Shown piece after piece: positions 58,390 to 64,000 of a stretch of 64,000 nt of DNA. The stretch's first letter is position 1. The number at the start of each line of letters is the position of its first letter. The stretch is from contig LVBW01000003.1 of the NCBI GenBank assembly GCA_001604585.1, forward strand, positions 520 to 64,519. The letters run 5' to 3'. The notes under the pieces were generated by a model. It was not told the origin of the DNA, made no database searches, and saw only the letters and a list, made by a program, of their open reading frames with translations. Position numbers and translations under genes: made by a program. This DNA comes from Puniceicoccales bacterium Verruco_02. Its GTDB lineage: Bacteria > Verrucomicrobiota > Verrucomicrobiia > Opitutales > Oceanipulchritudinaceae.

Positions 58390-58606
58390 ATTATGCCACC
58401 TGAACCATGTACAATGCAAGGGCGGCCCCCGAAGAAGCCGCCCTGCGTCCTGCCACCGAAGTGGACAGGAGGGATGTTGTATAAAGGATCGACATTTTGC
58501 CGCGTAGGTCAAGGGGAATCATATCAATGCCTGTTAACTAACACGCATTGGCATGAATGTCACACATTTGGAATAAGTGATGCAATCGAAAAGCGCATAC
58601 CGCCCT

Positions 58607-59632
58607 TTACAACATCTCCAGCTGGCCTGCCTTGCCGCTTGGGATAAGGCCCAGCACCAGCCAGCCCTTTTCGGTCAGGACACGCCCCTGCGGAGTACGC
58701 TGCAAATAGCCCTCCTGAATAAGATACGGCTCGTGAACCTCCTCCAAAGTCTGCTCATCCTCCCCCACAGCCACGGCCAAAGTACTCACACCCACGGGGC
58801 CACCCTTGTAATGACGCGCCATCAGGCCGAGCAAGCGTTTGTCCATCTCGTCCAAGCCATTCTCGTCAATCTCCAACAGCTCCAGCGCCGCCGATGCCAC
58901 CCGGCGCGTAATCCGCCCATCGGCACGCTGCTGGGCAAAGTCGCGCACAAAACTCACAAGATTGTTCGCAATGCGCGGAGTGCCACGTGCGCGCCCGGCA
59001 ATCTCCTTGGCCCCACCAGCGTCAATCTCTATACCCATGAGTGAACAACTGCGCGTCACTATCCGCGCCAGCACATCTATTGAGTAATAGTCCAGCCGCG
59101 TCTGCAAGGTGAAGCGACTACGCAACGGCGCGGTAAGAAGACCCATGCGCGTTGTCGCCCCGACAAGGGTGAAACGCGGCACATCCAGACGCACACTACG
59201 GGCATTCGGCCCCTGATCGAGCATGATGTCGATGCGGAAATCCTCCATCGCACTGTACAGGTATTCCTCGACGTTCTTGGGCATACGATGAATCTCGTCG
59301 ATGAAGAGAATGTCCCCCGTCTCGAGACTGGTCAGCATACCCGCCAGATCGCCCGGCTTCTCCACGACCGGTCCGCTCGTAATGCGAACTGTGCGCCCCA
59401 TCTCGTTGGCCAAAATGTGCGCCAAAGTGGTCTTGCCTAGCCCCGGAGGCCCCGAAAGCAGAATATGGGACAAAGCCTCGCCACGCGCCTTCGCAGCGCC
59501 CGTCATCACTCGCAGCCTCTCCAGCGTACGCGGCTGCCCGGCAAAATCGCTAAAAGACACAGGGCGCAACGCCACATCCACGCGCTCGTCGCGCTTGAGC
59601 GCCTCGCCAAGATACTCCTTGCCAGTCTGCAC
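58607..59632 (-). CDS. ruvB: Holliday junction branch-migration helicase RuvB
   Basis: [40 protein letters not shown], and a winged-helix C-terminal domain. GTG start. Confidence 0.96.
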   Translation of the reverse strand: MQTGKEYLGEALKRDERVDVALRPVSFSDFAGQPRTLERLRVMTGAAKARGEALSHILLSGPPGLGKTTLAHILANEMGRTVRITSGPVVEKPGDLAGMLTSLETGDILFIDEIHRMPKNVEEYLYSAMEDFRIDIMLDQGPNARSVRLDVPRFTLVGATTRMGLLTAPLRSRFTLQTRLDYYSIDVLARIVTRSCSLMGIEIDAGGAKEIAGRARGTPRIANNLVSFVRDFAQQRADGRITRRVASAALELLEIDENGLDEMDKRLLGLMARHYKGGPVGVSTLAVAVGEDEQTLEEVHEPYLIQEGYLQRTPQGRVLTEKGWLVLGLIPSGKAGQLEML

Positions 59633-59736
59633 GGATGTTCAGCATTGCCACATTGAAGCAAATGGTCAAGCAGGCTTTTTGAACAAGGGATCTCCAATAA
59701 ATGACTCCCGTCGGAAACGTGCATACATGCACGGAC

Positions 59737-60171
59737 CTACCTGCGCTCCTCGCGCTCCCTGGACGGGGTGCGGGCTATGAGATCCCGAAAGTATGCCAGC
59801 TTGTATTCCAACACCTCGCTATAATGCTGGTATTCGGCAATCCTGTCGCGAACCTCTACAAGCTGCTTCTCCAGAATCCGCCTGCGGGCCTCGATCGTAC
59901 CCGGCTCCTCCTCGTCCATCCCCACATACTCGTGTATCTTCTCGATTGGCATCCCTGTGGACTTGAGGCACTTGATGAAGTTCACCCAGTGTATGTCCCC
60001 ATCGCTGTACTGGCGGTTTCCGCTCCAATCCCTCTGCACACGCGGCAAAATGCCAATCTTCTCGTAATAGCGCAGCGTGTGGGCCGACAAGCCGACCTTC
60101 TTGCTGAACTCGTTAATGGTGAAACAATTATCCTCGGGGTATGCCATAATTGGTGAGTTCTCCTTTTTCAA
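59737..60171 (-). CDS. MerR-family transcriptional regulator
   Basis: FTINEFSKKVGLSAHTLRYYEKIGILP...R.YSDGDIHWVNFIKCLKSTGM then a coiled-coil. No C-terminal metal-binding Cys. Alternative start at ATG 60147. Confidence 0.85.
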   Translation of the reverse strand: MKKENSPIMAYPEDNCFTINEFSKKVGLSAHTLRYYEKIGILPRVQRDWSGNRQYSDGDIHWVNFIKCLKSTGMPIEKIHEYVGMDEEEPGTIEARRRILEKQLVEVRDRIAEYQHYSEVLEYKLAYFRDLIARTPSREREERR

Positions 60172-60179
60172 GGCTACCG

Positions 60180-60197
60180 CTTCGAGTTAACTCCAAG
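60180..60197 (-). promoter_or_regulatory. 18-bp near-perfect palindrome upstream of the merR-like gene (putative operator)
   Basis: Minus strand CTTGGAGTTAACTCGAAG: 8 of 9 arm pairs, with a perfect GAGTTAACTC core, 9-26 nt upstream of ATG 60171. Confidence 0.45.
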
Positions 60198-60255
60198 CCA
60201 AGAACAATCTTCGCACCAATGTGACAAAAGGTCAAAAACGACCGCCCCCCCAGCA

Positions 60256-61347
60256 TCAGACCGCTCCAAGGCAGCGAATTGCCAGCTCGCGCATGACCAG
60301 CTCCTGCTCCGAAGATCGAGAGATGGACTCCTCGAAAGCCCTCACAAACTCTATCTGAAAGTCTATGATCTGACGTGGCTTGAGCCTTCGTGCCTCCGTC
60401 AGCAACCTGTTGAGATAGAAAGGATTCTGCGTGAATATGTTGCTGCTCGACTTGGCATCGAGCCCGGCGAAGGCAGAGCCGTGACGCGCGGCAGCCTCTT
60501 CGAGACTGTCCTTACTGACCCCTCGGGAAAAGCAGCCCGCATCGTATAGCACCCGTAGCTGGAGCAGCAATCTTGCGCGGTTTTGCAAAGCACCCATTAG
60601 GGGCCGAATATCGTTCCCTGCAAAGAAATGCCTCCGTATCGCCCCCAAGGTATCCTCCAGCTTCAGGCTGTAAAAAGCGTCCACGGCCTCGAAAAAGTCC
60701 CCCTCGCCAAAGGACGGAACAAGGGCGTTGACCATTTCCATGTCTATTTCCGCGTCCTGCCCCCCGGCGTATGTTGCCAGCTTCCGCGCCTCTTCCATCG
60801 TCATACGGCTGTTGCCGTGGACCTTTTCGAGCAAGGCAAAGGCGGCGTCCGGCCGGATGCGCACCCCGGCCGCTGAGAGTTCCTCGCGAAGGATCTGCTG
60901 GGCAGCGTCGCTCTTGCCGCCCTCTGCCCCTACAAAGCGAACCTCGCCAATACCCTGAAGCTGCTTGTATTCGCGCCGACGGCGATCTATCGGGCAGGCG
61001 CTGAGCAAGATGCCAATCTGCGCTGGGTCCAGTTCCTTGAGCACACCGAGCAACTTCTCCACCTGAGCCTTGGCCGCCTCGGAACGGCCGACCTGCGCAT
61101 CAGATATAAACGATATGCCTCGAAGCCACACACACTTGCGCCCGCCAAACATTGGCATCGTCATCGCGGCGGCTATGAAGCCCGACACCGCGGCCTCCAC
61201 CTCGGAAGCGTTGCCAGCGGCCCCGTCCACTATCTCCCGCGAGTATTCATCCTCCACCTGGGCGCATAGCTTTGCCCAGTGCGCAGCACCCTCGCGCGCC
61301 ACAAGGTAATCGTCCGCACCGCATATCATTGTGAAGGCCGCCGGCAT
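60256..61347 (-). CDS. holA: DNA polymerase III delta subunit (HolA-like)
   Basis: Size and N-terminal MPAAFTMICGADDYLVAREG resemble the HolA start. The AAA+-like lid and helical C-terminal domains are judged by eye only. Alternative start at ATG 61419. Confidence 0.55.
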   Translation of the reverse strand: MPAAFTMICGADDYLVAREGAAHWAKLCAQVEDEYSREIVDGAAGNASEVEAAVSGFIAAAMTMPMFGGRKCVWLRGISFISDAQVGRSEAAKAQVEKLLGVLKELDPAQIGILLSACPIDRRRREYKQLQGIGEVRFVGAEGGKSDAAQQILREELSAAGVRIRPDAAFALLEKVHGNSRMTMEEARKLATYAGGQDAEIDMEMVNALVPSFGEGDFFEAVDAFYSLKLEDTLGAIRRHFFAGNDIRPLMGALQNRARLLLQLRVLYDAGCFSRGVSKDSLEEAAARHGSAFAGLDAKSSSNIFTQNPFYLNRLLTEARRLKPRQIIDFQIEFVRAFEESISRSSEQELVMRELAIRCLGAV

Positions 61348-61470
61348 GAGAGCCTCACTATGCCAGAACAAAACGCGCAGAGCCAAGCCAAGAAAGTTGG
61401 CCGACAACCTATCGGACATACGGCTTCGCCAACTCCTCTTAGGCTGGACTGAGACTCAGTCTTTGGCATA

Positions 61471-62013
61471 ATGGCGATCAATATGGATCTCGATCAAAGA
61501 CTGGAACGCTACCTCGGAAAAGCCCCGCAGATTGACGAAAGCGCCTTCGTGGCCAAGAGCGCCGTCATATGTGGCGACGTGACTCTGGGGCCAAAAACGA
61601 GCGTCTGGCCTTGCTGTGTGCTAAGGGCGGACATCAACTCGATAGAGGTAGGCGAAGGGACCAACATTCAGGACGGCACCATTGTGCACCTGGCAGACGA
61701 CTACGGGGTGAAAATCGGCAAGTATGTGACCGTGGGCCACGCCGCCATGCTACACGCCTGCGATATTGGCGACGAATGCCTCATCGGCATGAGGGCCACG
61801 ATTCTTGACGGGGCCGTCATCGGTGCCCGAAGCATCGTCGGAGCAGGCGCCCTTGTTACAAAGGGCACGATCGTGCCCCCCGGCTCGATGGTGCTGGGAA
61901 TGCCCGCCAAGGTGGTGCGCCCGCTGACGGACAAAGAACAGGAAGGTCTGCGCCCCTGGGCCGAAAAATACGTCCACGAGGCAGCCGAGCACAAGAGGCG
62001 AGCACTCATATAG
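61471..62013 (+). CDS. Gamma-carbonic-anhydrase-family left-handed beta-helix protein (YrdA/PaaY-like)
   Basis: Hexapeptide repeats: VICGDVTLGPKTSVWPCCVLRADINSIEVGEGTNIQDGTIVH...VTVGHAAMLHACDIGDECLIGMRATILDGAVIG. Confidence 0.85.
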   Translation: MAINMDLDQRLERYLGKAPQIDESAFVAKSAVICGDVTLGPKTSVWPCCVLRADINSIEVGEGTNIQDGTIVHLADDYGVKIGKYVTVGHAAMLHACDIGDECLIGMRATILDGAVIGARSIVGAGALVTKGTIVPPGSMVLGMPAKVVRPLTDKEQEGLRPWAEKYVHEAAEHKRRALI

Positions 62014-62064
62014 CGCGCTTTTCGGACCATCCCGAACAAAGATCCCCCTTCGCCTAGCGGACAG

Positions 62065-63327
62065 CTACTGGGCCATTATCGACATCAGCTCGCGCTCTGT
62101 CTGGTTCTTCCAGTCTAGGTGACTGCTGCGCCAGCGAGCCTGCTCCACTATGTCTGAGAGGTTGCCGGGAAGGCTTACGCCCTGCTTTGCCAAGTCGTCC
62201 GCTCCGTGTATGATTATGGCGTAAGCATCCATAGCCCGCGTCACAAAGCGCAGGCGCTCGAAACACAGACCCATCTGGAAAAGGACGGGCCAGAGCCAGC
62301 TAGGATCTTCGCTCAAGGGAGCCATTGCCTGATATATGCGCAGGGCGCTCTCAAAGTCGCCCTGTTCGTAGAACTCGTTGCCAAGCTGATTGCCGGTGCG
62401 CTTCTTCCAGTATGCCCAAAGGGCGCTGTCGGCCCGCCTCTGATCCTGATACTGGAGCAGGTTCAGCACCTCGGTCAGAGCGGCGCGAGGCTGGTTTATC
62501 TGCTTGTAGGCGTTGGCCAGTACAAAGTGAGCCTCTGGGATAAGCGATTCGTCCGGATAGGCGCGAATAAAGCCCTGAAGGCTGGAAATGGTCGTCGCGT
62601 AGTCCTTTAGCAAGTACTGGGTGTAGGCGTACTTGAAGTCTATCTTCATGCGGTCCTCGCGGGACATGTCCAGACGCTTCAGGCGCAGGTAGCACTTGGC
62701 GGCCTCCGGGTAGTCGCCCATCGAATAGTAAGTGTCGCCAATCTCTATCTGTGCCTTCAGCGAGAGCAGCTTGTAGGTCTCCATCTCGGCTCTGTTGACC
62801 GAGAGCGAAGAGTTGAGCACCGAGTAGAACTTGGCTAGCGAGGTGTTGAAAGCGCCGATGTCGCGGTAGAGAAAGCCGAGGCGCATGTAGATTTCCGGAA
62901 CGATCGGATCCTGCGGGTAACTCTCGATGAAGCGTTCGTACACCGCCGCCTCCTTCGGACGCACATTGTACTTGTTGTACATCTGCGCAAGGTCGAGAAG
63001 GGTCTTCATGCGCTGCCTTTCGGGCAGGTTCATGTTGAGAAGCTCAAGGTAGTGGCTCTCGGCCGCAAGAAGGTCCACGCTCTCGTCGGCACTGGGCGCA
63101 CCGGACTGCCTGCCTCCAAAGAGACCGCCTTTGTCAAAGCGTGCCCAGTCAGGCTCATACACGTCCATCGTCGAGGCACCGCTAGGCTGCGCGCCGAAAA
63201 CGAGGCCATCCCCCCCCTGCGCCTGCCTTTCCAGCGTGGGCGCAGCGGCCCCCTGCCCGCTCATCGAAAGAGTGGGCAAAAAGAGCGGCATCATTGCCGC
63301 CAGCACTGAAAGCAAGCTCCTTGTCAT
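62065..63327 (-). CDS. Secreted TPR repeat protein
   Basis: Signal-like N-terminus MTRSLLSVLAAMMPLFLPTLSMSGQG and multiple TPR-like helices (YYSMGDYPEAAKCYLRL, EFYEQGDFESALRIYQAM). Confidence 0.58.
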   Translation of the reverse strand: MTRSLLSVLAAMMPLFLPTLSMSGQGAAAPTLERQAQGGDGLVFGAQPSGASTMDVYEPDWARFDKGGLFGGRQSGAPSADESVDLLAAESHYLELLNMNLPERQRMKTLLDLAQMYNKYNVRPKEAAVYERFIESYPQDPIVPEIYMRLGFLYRDIGAFNTSLAKFYSVLNSSLSVNRAEMETYKLLSLKAQIEIGDTYYSMGDYPEAAKCYLRLKRLDMSREDRMKIDFKYAYTQYLLKDYATTISSLQGFIRAYPDESLIPEAHFVLANAYKQINQPRAALTEVLNLLQYQDQRRADSALWAYWKKRTGNQLGNEFYEQGDFESALRIYQAMAPLSEDPSWLWPVLFQMGLCFERLRFVTRAMDAYAIIIHGADDLAKQGVSLPGNLSDIVEQARWRSSHLDWKNQTERELMSIMAQ

Positions 63328-64000
63328 CTGCCTGAAGTTCCCTGCACTGTGCCGCCCTCGTTCTGCCGGTAAGTGGCCCCGCTCTCCATCATGAGCGGAG
63401 CCTGAGACTGGTAGGGCATCACAAAGGGAACCCCGACGGACACTCTCTGCCTGTCCTCGCCCCTTCTGCCGTCAAAGTAGCGCAAAAGTAGCTCCGGGTC
63501 CAACATTTCCACCTGTCCTGCGGCGGGAGCGCCGGGAATGGCCGAGAGCTGGCGCTGGGCGGAAGAGGCACTCAGGCTCTCCACTCTCTGCTGCGTAGTG
63601 AGCTGCTGGGCGGGCTGTTCCTGCTGGGCTGCGTGGTTGGCCGCAAGATACTCCCCAGCCTGCGGACGGGCGGGCGGCGGAGTGCCCCCCGCATCGGCGA
63701 TCTGCTGCTCATCCTGTGGATTTTCGCGCTGCTCCCGCTGCCTGTCAGCCTTCTCCAACATGGCAAGAAACGCCGTGACATCCACAGCGTATGCCCTGTC
63801 AAAGCGGCCTCTGCCGTCCAAGCGGAAGGGCGAAGGCCCTGCTACTGGCAGATACTCCCACTGGACCTTGCCCGAAGAGCGCGGCTTGCTTGTGGCATAG
63901 TCGGGCAACGGCTCTGCCTTGGTGTATTCTGGCTCCGTGGGCAGACTTTCGGAACGAGTCGCTATTGGAACAGGCGAAAGGTTCTGCACAGACACAGGCT
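63324..64000 (-). CDS. Hypothetical Gln/Pro-rich protein (5' end probably outside the window)
   Basis: The frame is open to the window edge. ATGA overlap with the downstream TPR gene. I recognise no family. Confidence 0.35.
   Translation of the reverse strand, partial: PVSVQNLSPVPIATRSESLPTEPEYTKAEPLPDYATSKPRSSGKVQWEYLPVAGPSPFRLDGRGRFDRAYAVDVTAFLAMLEKADRQREQRENPQDEQQIADAGGTPPPARPQAGEYLAANHAAQQEQPAQQLTTQQRVESLSASSAQRQLSAIPGAPAAGQVEMLDPELLLRYFDGRRGEDRQRVSVGVPFVMPYQSQAPLMMESGATYRQNEGGTVQGTSGR

Noticed and set aside
1-64000. Search for tRNA/rRNA genes, CRISPR arrays, IS elements, integrases, prophage or known defence-system genes
   Set aside because: No spacer is longer than ~330 nt and none shows cloverleaf-like or direct-repeat/spacer organisation. 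No transposase, integrase or recombinase-like ORF is present. The NYN protein and AAA ATPase are solitary, without the partner genes that would suggest a defence system.

Overview
Densely coding 64-kb chromosomal window with about 52 protein-coding genes on both strands. GC is roughly 60% by eye, with lower-GC patches. I found no rRNA, tRNA, CRISPR array, transposase or integrase. The gene content suggests a PVC-superphylum bacterium (Verrucomicrobiota/Lentisphaerota-like): a PEP-CTERM sorting-signal protein, a Ser/Thr kinase fused to an FGE/SUMF1 domain, many TPR proteins and lipoproteins, and weak Shine-Dalgarno signals. That taxonomic call is inference only. Housekeeping genes recognised from motifs: pilT plus a PilB/GspE-like ATPase, DEAD-box helicase, glnE, prc, leuD, glmM, trpD, uvrA, menA, ribB, ruvB, holA. 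Accessory-looking modules: (i) an ATP-grasp(RLAN)/GCS2 amidoligase pair directly upstream of the pilus ATPases; (ii) an ACP-dehydratase fusion + ketosynthase + two glycosyltransferases; (iii) ExbB/ExbD followed by CsgG-like, TPR, YcfL-like and LpoB-like envelope proteins; (iv) a lower-GC Wzc/Wza/OMP polysaccharide export module; (v) tandem hsp20 genes behind a near-consensus sigma-54 promoter. The signal I rate highest is noncoding: the hsp20-to-peptidase spacer carries 8 copies of TGGGA displayed in hairpin loops and linkers and contains an intrinsic terminator (six copies precede its T tract, two follow). This is the architecture of Csr/Rsm-type protein-sequestering sRNAs. All calls rest on reading the sequence and the ORF track and on remembered family motifs. 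No database search was run. Many ORF-track starts are alternative codons or over-extended, so I re-set starts where an internal ATG fits the family better.
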